Of a DNA stretch of 64,000 bases, positions 1 to 9,230 are shown piece by piece. A program made the translations under genes and the position numbers. The DNA comes from Dictyostelium discoideum (taxonomy: Eukaryota): the NCBI GenBank assembly GCA_000004695.1, contig CM000150.2:96001-160000 (forward strand). The letters run 5' to 3'. The notes beneath the pieces are model-generated. The model had not been told where the DNA came from, did no database searches, and was given only the letters and a program-made list of their open reading frames with translations. The first letter of the stretch is position 1, and every line of letters begins with the position of its first letter.

Positions 1-163
1 TTGGTGTTGAAATGTCCATTTACATCATAAAATTGTTTATAAGAACGGTAATATGCAAGACAAAATGGACATATATTTTTATGCATAATATAATGAATAA
101 TAATATTTTTAAAATTCTTTAATTTTTCTCTGCAATTAATGCATGACATGTTATTTAAATTCA
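1..163 (-). CDS. N-terminal fragment (runs off window start) of a multicopy Cys-rich / C2H2-like zinc-finger protein family; ATG at 161-163; reverse complement of 62505-62665
   Basis: Reverse complement encodes MNLNN(I/M)SCINCREKLKNFKNIIIHYIMHKNICPFC..., near-identical to the N-termini at 62505 and 58825. Confidence 0.6.
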
Positions 164-179
164 TTTTGTTTGCTGGCTG

Positions 180-894
180 GAAATTAAAAATAATATTTTT
201 TTTTTTTTTTTCCTCGAGTTTTTACGTTTTTTTTTTTTTTTTTTTTTCATTTTATTCAAATTTTAGCATTTTAGCAAGTAGATATATGATTTAGTACTTA
301 GAATTTTATATTTAGAGGGATATACCCCATTTTCAAAAAATGACCGGGAACCTATGACCCTGTCTATACCTTTTTCTTTTTAAAATATTAAAAAAAAAAA
401 CTATAAAATCTGCCCAATTTATTGTAAAACTACACTAATGCAATAATATACATGTGCACTCGTTAATTGTTTATTAATTATAAAAAATAAAAAATAAAAA
501 ATCTTTTTTTATATGTATGTTTATACTTATAATATAAATATGAAAAACAAATAATTAAATTTTTTTTTTTTTTTTTTTGATATTTTTCGCTTTTTGAAAT
601 GAAAAGTAAAATTTAAAATAACATAATATAAAACCCAAGGCAATTGAAACACTTATTTATTATTAATTAATAAAAATAATAATAATAGAATTCAATTGCC
701 ACTGAAACAAATAAATAAAGAATTAAAATTACTTTGGTTATCTTTTTAGTTTTTTTTTTTTTTTAATTTTCATAATTTTTTTTTTTTTCTTTTATTTTCT
801 TATTTTTTTTTTTTTTTTAATAAATTTGAAATAAATAGTGTAAAAATTGATTTGAAATGTATTTAAAATGCATTTAAAATGTATTTTAAAAAAT
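180..894. repeat. Inverted copy of the upstream region found at 60866-62504, lacking the TIR element present at 61472-62373 (the empty site)
   Basis: Reverse-complement identity by eye, including poly-A/T runs; the TIR element and its TA duplication are absent here. Confidence 0.6.
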
Positions 895-1135
895 ATAATT
901 AATAAAAGCTTAAAAAAGGATTAATAAGTAATTTTAAATTACATTAAAAATAACTTTTTTAAATTTATTATAAAGTGATTAAAACATTATTTAAAAACCG
1001 CTTTATAATAAATTTAAAAGGTCATTTTTAATGTAATTTTAAATGACCTTAAAAATATCTTTAAAATTACCTTTTTAAAAAGCAAATTTTAAGCCAATTT
1101 AAAGTTGATTTAATGGTGTAATTTTCATCGCTGTG
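895..1135 (-). mobile_element. Fragment of TIR hairpin element (variant terminus ...CATCGCTGTG at 1135); homolog of the 59728-59995 palindrome arm
   Basis: Sequence identity to the 59740-59990 region; terminal CGCTGTG motif. Confidence 0.5.
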
Positions 1136-2600
1136 TGGAAAGTTTACTTCCTGTTCTTCTGAAAACGGTTGTTGGTACCGTTGGCAGATTTGGTATTGTT
1201 GCTACCTGATGCAACATTACTTGGTGATCCATTGAAGTTGTTAGATCGGCCATTACTCCCACTACTGGATTTATTATCGCTACTGTTTCCTGTAGTGTTA
1301 TTACCACTTGGGTTAACTAATTTCTTGACATTGGGCTTGGAATGATAATTCAATTTTAACAATGATTGTTTAGCTTCGTTGTTCTTTCTGATTGACTTGG
1401 CTAGCTTTCTTACACGTTCAGTTTCAGTTTCATCAAAAATCTTTGGTGTATCCTTGATCTTAATTGGTAAGAGTACTTCAGAACCATAGATTTCTTTAGC
1501 GATGTTGTTACGAAGGACACGACTAAGCGATGCTTGAGCATTAACAACTAAGACGATTGCTCTCTGAGTTAAGTAACTAATAAGTTCTACATCGACATTA
1601 GAGCTATCAGATGATAAGATACTTGACATGAGAAGCAAAGGTTTCAAGCTATCGTTGATTCGCTTTTCAACAATCAACAAGTCAGTATCATTGTTCTTGA
1701 CGTTGGGTGATACAGTAATACCTTCAGGTGTACCGAATGGAGCGAAATTCACTTGGAAGTTAGATGGAAAGTTGAATACTTTATTCAATTCGGATATCTC
1801 ATCTTTCTTGAGGATTCATTCTTCTTCGACGACATTGTTACTTGATTCATCTTCACTTTGTTCATTCTCAGTGTCAGAGTCATCATGAGAAGGTTGGCTA
1901 CGTGAATTGGTATTAGATGAGAACATAGGTTCTTTCATGAATCTTGTTAAGGCTAAGGAAAGGTTGTTGATTTGATCCTCCATTGATTTCATTCTTAAAT
2001 CAAAGGATTCAGCGCTATTAGAGGTAGAGGTACTACCACTAGAGGCTTCATTATTATTAACAGTGGTAGACATATTTTATTGTTGATATCTAAAATTATA
2101 ATATGAGAAAAATAATAATATTAAAAATTAATAAAGAGAAATAATTATTTGTATAAAATTTGTGTGTGTGTGTATCTTAAATATATATAGGAGGAATTCC
2201 CAAATAAAATAAATCAAATTGTTTTAGTTTTTTGTGCCACTATTTATACGTTTTTATTTTCTTAAAAATTTCTCAAAACTCAAAAAAATAAGTGTTTTCG
2301 ACCCTTCACAACTTTGTGCATTGTGTCGGTTCGGAATTTTTATGTTTTTCGACCTTGCGCAATGATCGCGTCATTGTGCCGGTTCGAAATTTTTACTTTT
2401 CTTCGAAAATTTTTTATTCTTCGAATGTTCTAGAACATTCTAAAAAATTATCTTAAATATTTGGGATCGCGTCATTGTGCCGGTTCGAAATTTTTACTTT
2501 TCTTCGAAAATTTTTTATTCTTCGAATGTTCTAGAACATTCTAAAAAATTATCTTAAATATTTGGGAAATTAAAATAAATAAATGTTATTCATAATATAT
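1136..2600 (-). mobile_element. DIRS-type retrotransposon copy a: 5' ITR (2076-2600, with an internal ~115-bp tandem duplication) plus ORF1, truncated at 1136
   Basis: ORF1 protein nearly identical to other copies; ITR core sequence (gtgccggttcgaaattttt...gaatgttctagaacattc). Confidence 0.85.
1144..2073 (-). pseudogene. DIRS ORF1 (gag-like), split into two frames around 1790-1816
   Basis: ORF track entries 1816-2073 and 1144-1788 together match the 335-aa ORF1 of intact copies. Confidence 0.8.
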
Positions 2601-2858
2601 ATATGATAATATAAACACCGTCCAATAGCTCGTTAATGGATATAATTCTTTCGTGGAACGTTTTAATGTGCGGGTGTTTCCGCGCCAATGACGGCTAGCT
2701 GGTGGTCGCTTTTTGTAATAACAAACAAGATTGAACAGAGATATCATCATTAGCGATCAACTTAAATAAATAGTCGACAGTCTGGGGAGTAGTGGGCATT
2801 TCTGGATCGATAAGGTAAGCGTGACGATTATTTTAAATGGTTTCGCCTAAGCCCTTAA

Positions 2859-3108
2859 CTACTGTAGCAAAGCACGTTTGAAATATAAATTAAATACCAC
2901 AACTAGAACGTTAGGGTTACGTATAGCATACTCAATTAACCAGCGAGTTTTCCCAGTTTGACGTGAGCCACTGAAGCCAATTGTAAACAACTCTCGTAAA
3001 TGACATGCCTTAGTACCGCCAAGATTATTAGCAGCGCTACGCATTATTAATCGCAATACTTTTCTCAAGTTCTTGAACTATCGCATCATAATCAATTGTA
3101 GACGTCAT
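2859..3108 (-). pseudogene. Terminase-like P-loop ATPase gene fragment (Walker A GFSGSRQTGKT); frame broken relative to the paralog at 29994-30140
   Basis: SRQxGKT Walker-A motif of the type seen in phage large-terminase ATPases; RBS tgaggtaaaaaaatcATG; the paralog has an uninterrupted N-terminus MTSTTTIDYDAIEKSIAINNERSAANNLGGTKACQLRELFTIGLSGSR. Confidence 0.45.
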
Positions 3109-3120
3109 GATTTTTTTACC

Positions 3121-3288
3121 TCATTTATTTAAGTGGTTGTATGAACTCACAGGGTTATAGTCCTCATAAACAGGAAGTAGTAGACCAGGTGCATTAGGCA
3201 TTGTTATTAATACACGCTGCCCACGCACATAAGGTTGGTTGTTAACATATTTAAAATCAGTTGCCACATAGCCTTTTGGAATTTCCAT
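3121..3288 (-). CDS. Small phage-like gene (55 aa, MEIPKGYVATDFKYVNNQPYVRGQRVLITMPNAPGLL...); its stop overlaps the RBS of the downstream terminase-like gene
   Basis: RBS aagagga 9 nt upstream of ATG; conserved paralog at about 30158-30327. Confidence 0.5.
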   Translation of the reverse strand: MEIPKGYVATDFKYVNNQPYVRGQRVLITMPNAPGLLLPVYEDYNPVSSYNHLNK

Positions 3289-3549
3289 GGTAAACTAATC
3301 CTCTTAATAGGGGACCGATGGCGGGTTGACCGTCAGACTTCTACAACACCCAACCACGTAATATCGGAGTGCTTCTGTCATTGTTATTTTATTTTTAGAT
3401 GCTACGCGGTTGATTGTGGTTTACTTACACCAAAGTGTAAGCGTCGGTTATTTGCTGGCATACTTTCAGCCACGTCCCAAGTCTCCAATTCACCGCCTTC
3501 CTGCTATTAATGGTGCCTAATGACGGACATTCATCTCAAAATAAAACCA

Positions 3550-3585
3550 GGAGGGGTAAAACCCTCCTATATACTAATCTTACGG
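3550..3585. terminator. Bidirectional intrinsic terminator-like hairpin (AGGAGGGgtaaaaCCCTCCT flanked by A-run and T-run)
   Basis: GC stem with U-tract on both strands; repeated in the paralog at 30572-30606. Confidence 0.5.
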
Positions 3586-3889
3586 ACGTGGTGATATCGA
3601 ATACCACATTCTGTAATTTGGATCATGCTGGGTGTTATTTAATGTTTTGGCTATTGCTATAACCGACCGAGCTACTGTGTTTCCACAGAAATGACTCGAA
3701 CCATCGACCCACAGCGTGTATATAGTGAGCTGGTGGTTTAACCTCCCAAGGGCGGTGTTCGACTATTCGTCAAACGAAGACAAGCTTTTTAATTTAATTA
3801 AACTACCACACCATCTTCAATTTCGATTTTGGTAGAAGAGTTAGATTCAGTTAATCAATGTTGGCTTCGAAATCCAGAATCTCTTTTTC

Positions 3890-4078
3890 CTACTGCTTGA
3901 TTACTTTGCTGATCTCCAGCGGCTGATAACGTTCGATAACTGGATTAACGAACACAGCAATGGAAGCTTCATCGGCTTTCTTAGTACCGTTGAATGCTTC
4001 GGTGCGCGCGGTATTTTCACGCTGGTCAAAATTGGAGTTAGCGGTAACGTTGTGACGAGATATCGATTCGTAGTTCAC
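3890..4078 (-). CDS. Hypothetical phage-like protein (62 aa)
   Basis: ORF in the GC-rich island on the same strand as its neighbours; no recognisable motif. Confidence 0.3.
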   Translation of the reverse strand: MNYESISRHNVTANSNFDQRENTARTEAFNGTKKADEASIAVFVNPVIERYQPLEISKVIKQ

Positions 4079-4130
4079 TTTCTAAGCTTTGACAATATCG
4101 CGTTTCTCGCCTAATGCATTATGTGCATGT

Positions 4131-4761
4131 ACAGCAAAGAAAAATCCACATTTAAAGCAAATTTAAAGCAAAGTTGATTTAAATTGGATTTAAATTGAAT
4201 TTAAAGCCGGGTTTAAAAAATTCATTTTCAAGGTAATTTTTAAGATAATTTTAAGATATTTAAAAATGCCTTTAAAATTTATTTTAAAATAATTTTAAAG
4301 AGGATTTAAAGTTGATTTAAAGTAGATTTAAAGTGAATTAAAATTTCCTTTAAATATAAATTTAAGGTTTTTAATAAAAAACATCTAATTTTAGATCAAA
4401 AAAATGGGGATAAAATATTCTATCATTTTTAAATTATCATCAAAGCAATCAAATGGTGTAATGGTTGATGAGACTACCCTTTGATTGATGAGACTACCCT
4501 TTTGGTAAATTTTCAAAAATTTCAAAAAAAAATTTTATAAAATTTATCCGTTAAATAACGGCTTCGAACTCCGGACCTCGCTTTTAAAGCCATTAAAAAG
4601 CTAATTCCTAAGGTAATTATAAAGGTAATTTATAAGGTGGTTTTAAAGTAACCTTAAAAATTACCTTTAAAATTACCTTAAAAATTGCTTTTGTACAGGA
4701 CTTTAAATTCGCTTTAAATTAAATTTAAATTTGCTTTAAAGGTGGTTTTTCTTTCACTGTG
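4131..4761 (+). mobile_element. TIR hairpin element (B-type end ...A-type end; left terminus 2 bp short), inserted into the 3' end of a phage-like gene
   Basis: Termini ACAGCAAAGAAAAATCCAC ... GGTGGTTTTTCTTTCACTGTG; internal tRNA-like/hairpin core. Confidence 0.7.
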
Positions 4762-5026
4762 TAGTGTATTCTTTGCCAGCTACGGTAATAAGCGTACTAG
4801 CGTTGGACAATATCACTTTAGCAAGGATATCTTCACGCACACGAATGATATCTTGTAAACCATGGTAGTTTTCTTTGATCGCATCAGAAACCGCCCCAAC
4901 GGAATCATTGAAACCAGCTTCTTGGGCGAATTCATCAGTACCGCGAGTTAGTGAAATAAGCATCAGACCGTTGGACATGGATTTAACCGTGGCCAATGTA
5001 CGGGTAATTGAAATCTTAGTAGCCAT
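4754..5026 (-). CDS. Phage-like gene (MATKISITRTLATVKSMSNGLML...) truncated at its 3' end by the TIR element; the last codons read into the TIR
   Basis: RBS aaaggaaaaggaaatataATG; the ORF stop lies inside the CACTGTG terminus. Confidence 0.45.
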   Translation of the reverse strand: MATKISITRTLATVKSMSNGLMLISLTRGTDEFAQEAGFNDSVGAVSDAIKENYHGLQDIIRVREDILAKVILSNASTLITVAGKEYTTQ

Positions 5027-5157
5027 TATATTTCCTTTTCCTTTATACGTTATAGACAGAGTGCCGAACCCTGTTTTAGAGAACGGTAGAGGCTTTCACT
5101 CTTAGGCTTTCATCGATCCCCGTTCGTGACCGTTTAGCGATTTCTTTAGATCTTAAT

Positions 5158-5247
5158 TGGTAGAGAATTAGAGATTCGAACTCTAGGAGCGGTTTCCCGC
5201 CCGACGGTTTTTAAGACCGTTACCTTGAACCACTCGGACAATTCTCC
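5158..5247 (-). tRNA. Class-II tRNA-Leu (anticodon UAA), long variable arm, discriminator A73, genomically encoded CCA end
   Basis: Manual fold: acceptor GGAGAAT/ATTCTCT, anticodon stem ACGGT/ACCGT with loop CUUAAAA, T-arm TAGAG-TTCGAAT-CTCTA, 3' ACCA; close to the bacterial tRNA-Ser/Leu body GGAAGTGTGGCCGAGCGGTTGAAGG... Confidence 0.7.
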
Positions 5248-5336
5248 AATTGGGTGACACCCATTAGAATTTCACGTAGCTCTATAGCTATTACAGTCAA
5301 TACTAACACTTCACAAAAAGGCCTGGTTAACCCCTA

Positions 5337-6014
5337 CTGATTGAACTTAGGTTGTCTTAGAGTTCCTACCAGGAAAACTGCAACTGATATCATTGTTTGG
5401 TGATTACAAAAAAGACCAGTGTTATTGGCTGGTCTTTTTGAGTTATACGATACCGTTCTCTTTACGATAACGGAATATTTTTGATCTATCGATATTAAGC
5501 ATTTCTGCAATTACTTAATCGCTATTACCTCACCAAGCAGTTCGATAATCATGGCAATATGTTCTGGGTTAAGTTGTGTCTTTTGGCTTTTACTTAATGC
5601 TGATCTACCAACACAGCGAAGAAAAAACCACCTTTAAATTCGCTTTAAATTAAATTTAAATTTGCTTTAAAGTCCCGAATTAAAGCAATTTTAAAGGTAA
5701 TTTTAAAGCGAATTTAAAGGTGGTTTTTTCTTCGCTGTGTTGGTAGATCAGCATTAAGTAAAAGCCAAAAGACACAACTTAACCCAGAACATATTGCCAT
5801 GATTATCGAACTGCTTGGTGAGGTAATAGCGATTAAGTAATTGCAGAAATGCTTAATATCGATAGATCAAAAATATTCCGTTATCGTAAAGAGAACGGTA
5901 TCGTATAACTCAAAAAGACCAGCCAATAACACTGGTCTTTTTTGTAATCACCAAACAATGATATCAGTTGCAGTTTTCCTGGTAGGAACTCTAAGACAAC
6001 CTAAGTTCAATCAG
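5337..6014. repeat. Near-perfect ~275-bp-arm palindrome of phage-like sequence centred on a 128-bp mini TIR element
   Basis: 5337-5611 is the reverse complement of 5740-6014, read directly. Confidence 0.85.
5612..5739. mobile_element. Mini TIR element (internally deleted, two termini back to back) at the palindrome centre
   Basis: CACAGCGAAGAAAAAACCACCTTTAAA ... TTTAAAGGTGGTTTTTTCTTCGCTGTG. Confidence 0.7.
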
Positions 6015-6644
6015 TAAAACACTAAAAATTACCTTTAAAATTACCTTTAAAATTACCTTTTTAATCGCTTTAAAAGCGAGGTCCTGAGTTCGAAGCCGTT
6101 ATTTAACGGATAAATTTTTTAAAATTTTTTTTTTTAATTTTTCAAAAATTACCAAAAGGGATTCGATCCCCCGACCCTCTATCAAAGGGTAGTCTCATCA
6201 ACCATTACACCATTTGATTGCTTTGATGAAAATTTAAAAATGATAGAATATTTTATCCCCATTTTTTTGTTCTAAAATTAGATCTTTTTTATTAAAAACC
6301 TTAAATTTATGTTTAAAGGAAATTTAAATTCACTTTAAATCTACTTTAAATCTACTTTAAATCCTATTTAAAATTAATTTAAAATAAATTTTAAAGGTAT
6401 TTTTAAATATCATAAAAATTATCTTAAAAATTACCTTAAAAATCACCTTTAAAATCACCTTTAAAATCACCTTTATAAATTTATTTTAAAGCAAATTTTA
6501 AAGGCATTTTTAAATATCTTAAAAATTACCTTAAAAATTACCTTAAAAATGAATTTTTTAAACGCGGCTTTAAATTCAATTTAAATCCAATTTAAATCAA
6601 CTTTTCTTTAAATTTGCTTTAAAGGTGCATTTTTCTTTGCTGTG
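6015..6644 (-). mobile_element. TIR hairpin element, truncated on the palindrome side; B-type terminus at 6624-6644
   Basis: Internal modules and tRNA-like core in reverse orientation; terminus GGTGCATTTTTCTTTGCTGTG. Confidence 0.7.
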
Positions 6645-6693
6645 AAGAGATCCAGTTCTACCATTCTGGCGATGCTTGCTTGCCGATCAGTCA

Positions 6694-6810
6694 TTAACGA
6701 ATCTTCTTCAGTAACTGAGTACGAAGAATTGGATTAGCATCTCGCTTGGCTTTATCGGCCGCTGCAGTGCGTTTTGTACAGTTACCAAAATCAAAAGATT
6801 TACATGGCAT
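6694..6810 (-). CDS. Small basic protein (38 aa, MPCKSFDFGNCTKRTAAADKAKRDANPILRTQLLKKIR) with a strong GGAGG-type SD; paralog at 47855-47971
   Basis: Two copies about 90% identical, both with an RBS; hairpin after the stop in the 47972 copy. Confidence 0.5.
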   Translation of the reverse strand: MPCKSFDFGNCTKRTAAADKAKRDANPILRTQLLKKIR

Positions 6811-7054
6811 GACATCCCTCCATTGACTTAAAAGAAAAATAAGGGGATAACATGTGTTCTGGTCAAGCCATACCCTTAATGAGGGTGTTAATCTTCGTCA
6901 TAATAATTTTGATCTTTTGGAGTACTTGCATGCAGAGAGGTTATGGGGACCATCCCTACACATTATATCCGGTACTGTGTAAAACTTTACATATCAATAG
7001 ATCAAAAATAAGAGGATGTAGTACATCCCCTCTTTCAATTAAGGCAACATGACC

Positions 7055-7319
7055 CTAGTCAAGTAGCGCATTGTGTCACGTAATAGGGATACACGCCCGC
7101 GATTAAGATCAACAATACCGTAGTTCAAATGAATAGAATCGTTATATATACCTTCTGCGTTAAGCCTGAAGTTCAAACGCGAACGGAGCGTAGTATGAAC
7201 CTGACCTTCACTTCTGAAAATGTGTACTCGTTATCTAACGCCACATCAAAGGCAGGCCAACCTGTTAATGCTGTTGATCTTATCCCAATTACGTGAAACA
7301 ATGCGCTACTTGGCTAAGG
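7055..7319. repeat. ~30-bp inverted repeat (CAAGTAGCGCATTGTKTCACGTAAT) flanking about 200 bp in phage-like island C
   Basis: 7055-7084 is the reverse complement of 7288-7319. Confidence 0.5.
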
Positions 7320-7384
7320 TCATGGTGGCCAATACAACTCCACCTGTAAACCTTTCACCAACCACTTGTCATTGACTAATAACT

Positions 7385-7706
7385 AGTCAGTTTCGTTGTT
7401 CTTGACGTTGGGTGATACAGTAATACCTTCAGGTGTACCGAATGGAGCGACATTCACTTGGAAGTTAGATGGAAAATTGAATATTTTATTCAATTCGGAT
7501 ATCTCATCTTTCTTGAGGATACATTCTTATTTGACGAGTAAACCTTGATTGTTTACCATATGTTTGTACTGACCAAGTAAGGTATCGGATAATTGATAAT
7601 CGGTTGGAACATCGACATTGTTACTTGATTCATCTTCACTTTGTTCATTCTCAGTGTCAGAGTCATTATGAGAAGGTTGGCTACGTGAATTGGTATTAGA
7701 TGAGAA
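7385..7706 (-). mobile_element. DIRS ORF1 fragment with an internal deletion, abutting phage-like DNA at a small palindrome (TGACTAATAACTAGTCA)
   Basis: Matches ORF1 N-terminal coding sequence of other copies. Confidence 0.75.
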
Positions 7707-8222
7707 TTAATAATTTAATTTATTAAATTACATTTATATTAAATATATATAAATATATTATGAATAAAATTTATTTATATTATCATATATATATATATAT
7801 TATGAATAACATTTATTTATTTGAATTTCCCAAATATTTAAGATAATTTTTTAGAATGTTCTAGAACATTCGAAGAATAAAAAATTTTCGAAAGAAAAGT
7901 AAAAATTTCGAACCGGCACAATGACGCGATCATTGCGCAAGGTCGAAAAACTGAAAAATTCCGAACCGACACTATGCACAAAGTTGTGAAGGGTCGAAAA
8001 CTCTTATTTTTTTGAGTTTTGCTAAATTTTTAAGAAAATAAAAACGTATAAATAGTGGCACTAAAAACTAAAACAATTTGATTTATTTTATTTGGGAATT
8101 CCTCCTATATATATTTAAGATACACACACACACAAATTTTATACAAATAATTATTTCTCTTTATTAATTTTTAATATTATTATTTTTTCTCATATTATAA
8201 TTTTAGATATCAACAATAAAAT

Positions 8223-9230
8223 ATGTCTACCACTGTTAATAATAATGATGCCTCTAGTAGTAGTACCTCTGCCTCTAATAGCGCTGAATCCTTTGATTTA
8301 AGAATGAAATCAATGGAGGATCAAATCAACAACCTTTCCTTAGCCTTTACAAGATTCATGAAAGAACCTATGTTCTCTTCTAATACCAACTCACGTAGCC
8401 AACCTTCTCATGATAACTCTGACACCGAGAATGAACAAAGTGAAGATGAATCAAGTAACAATGTCGATGTTCCAACCGATTATCAATTATCCGATACCTT
8501 ACTTGGTCAGTACAAACATATGGTAAACAATAAAGGTTTACTCGTCGAAGAAGAATGTATCCTCAAGAAAGATGAGATATCCGAATTGAATAAAGTATTC
8601 AACTTTCCATCTAACTTCCAAGTGAATGTCGCTCCATTCGGTACACCTGAAGGTATTACTGTATCATCCAACGTCAAGAACAATGATACTGATTTGTTGA
8701 TTGTCGAAAAGCGAATCAACGATAGCTTGAAACCTTTGCTTCTCATGTCAAGTATGTTATCATCTGATAGCTCTAATGTCGATGTAGAACTTATTAGTTA
8801 CTTAACTCAGAGTGCAATCGTCTTAGCCGTTAACGCTCAAGCATCGCTTAGTCGTGTCCGTCGTAACAACATCGCTAAAGAAATCTATGGTTCTGAAGTA
8901 CTCTTACCAATTAAGATCAAGGATACACCAAAGATGTTTGATGAAACTGAAACTGAACGTGTAAGAAAGCTAGCCAAGTCAATCAGAAAGAACAACGAAG
9001 CAAAACAATCATTGTTAAAATTGAATTATCATTCCAAGCCCAATGTCAAGAAATCAGTTAACTCAAGTGGTAATAACACTACAGGAAACAGTAGTAATAG
9101 TAAATCCAGTAGTGGGAGTAATGGCCGATCTAACAACTTCAATGGATCACCAAGTAATGTTGCATCAGGTAGCAACAATACCAAGTCTGCCAACGGTACC
9201 AACAACCGTTTTCAGAAGAACAAGAAGTAA
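8223..9230 (+). CDS. DIRS ORF1 (gag-like, 335 aa)
   Basis: Full-length ORF conserved across copies. Confidence 0.8.
   Translation: MSTTVNNNDASSSSTSASNSAESFDLRMKSMEDQINNLSLAFTRFMKEPMFSSNTNSRSQPSHDNSDTENEQSEDESSNNVDVPTDYQLSDTLLGQYKHMVNNKGLLVEEECILKKDEISELNKVFNFPSNFQVNVAPFGTPEGITVSSNVKNNDTDLLIVEKRINDSLKPLLLMSSMLSSDSSNVDVELISYLTQSAIVLAVNAQASLSRVRRNNIAKEIYGSEVLLPIKIKDTPKMFDETETERVRKLAKSIRKNNEAKQSLLKLNYHSKPNVKKSVNSSGNNTTGNSSNSKSSSGSNGRSNNFNGSPSNVASGSNNTKSANGTNNRFQKNKK

Larger units (their letters stand above)
2601..4130. other. Prokaryote/phage-like island A (~45% GC)
   Basis: GC jump, Shine-Dalgarno-like sites before ATGs, overlapping short genes, intrinsic terminator; paralog at 29941-31121. 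Confidence 0.7.

Noticed and set aside
1628-1888. Antisense ORFs inside DIRS ORF1 (1628-1888, 8507-8746, 15067-15264, 28961-29176, 32878-33123, 39792-40004)
   Set aside because: They are the opposite strand of a conserved coding region and recur only because the element is repeated. No independent support.
6645-6660. Claiming the TIR element at 6015-6644 is a clean insertion relative to the paralog at 47972-48010
   Set aside because: Homology between the paralogs breaks down about 12 bp before the TIR, so an insertion accompanied by a deletion or simple divergence cannot be distinguished.
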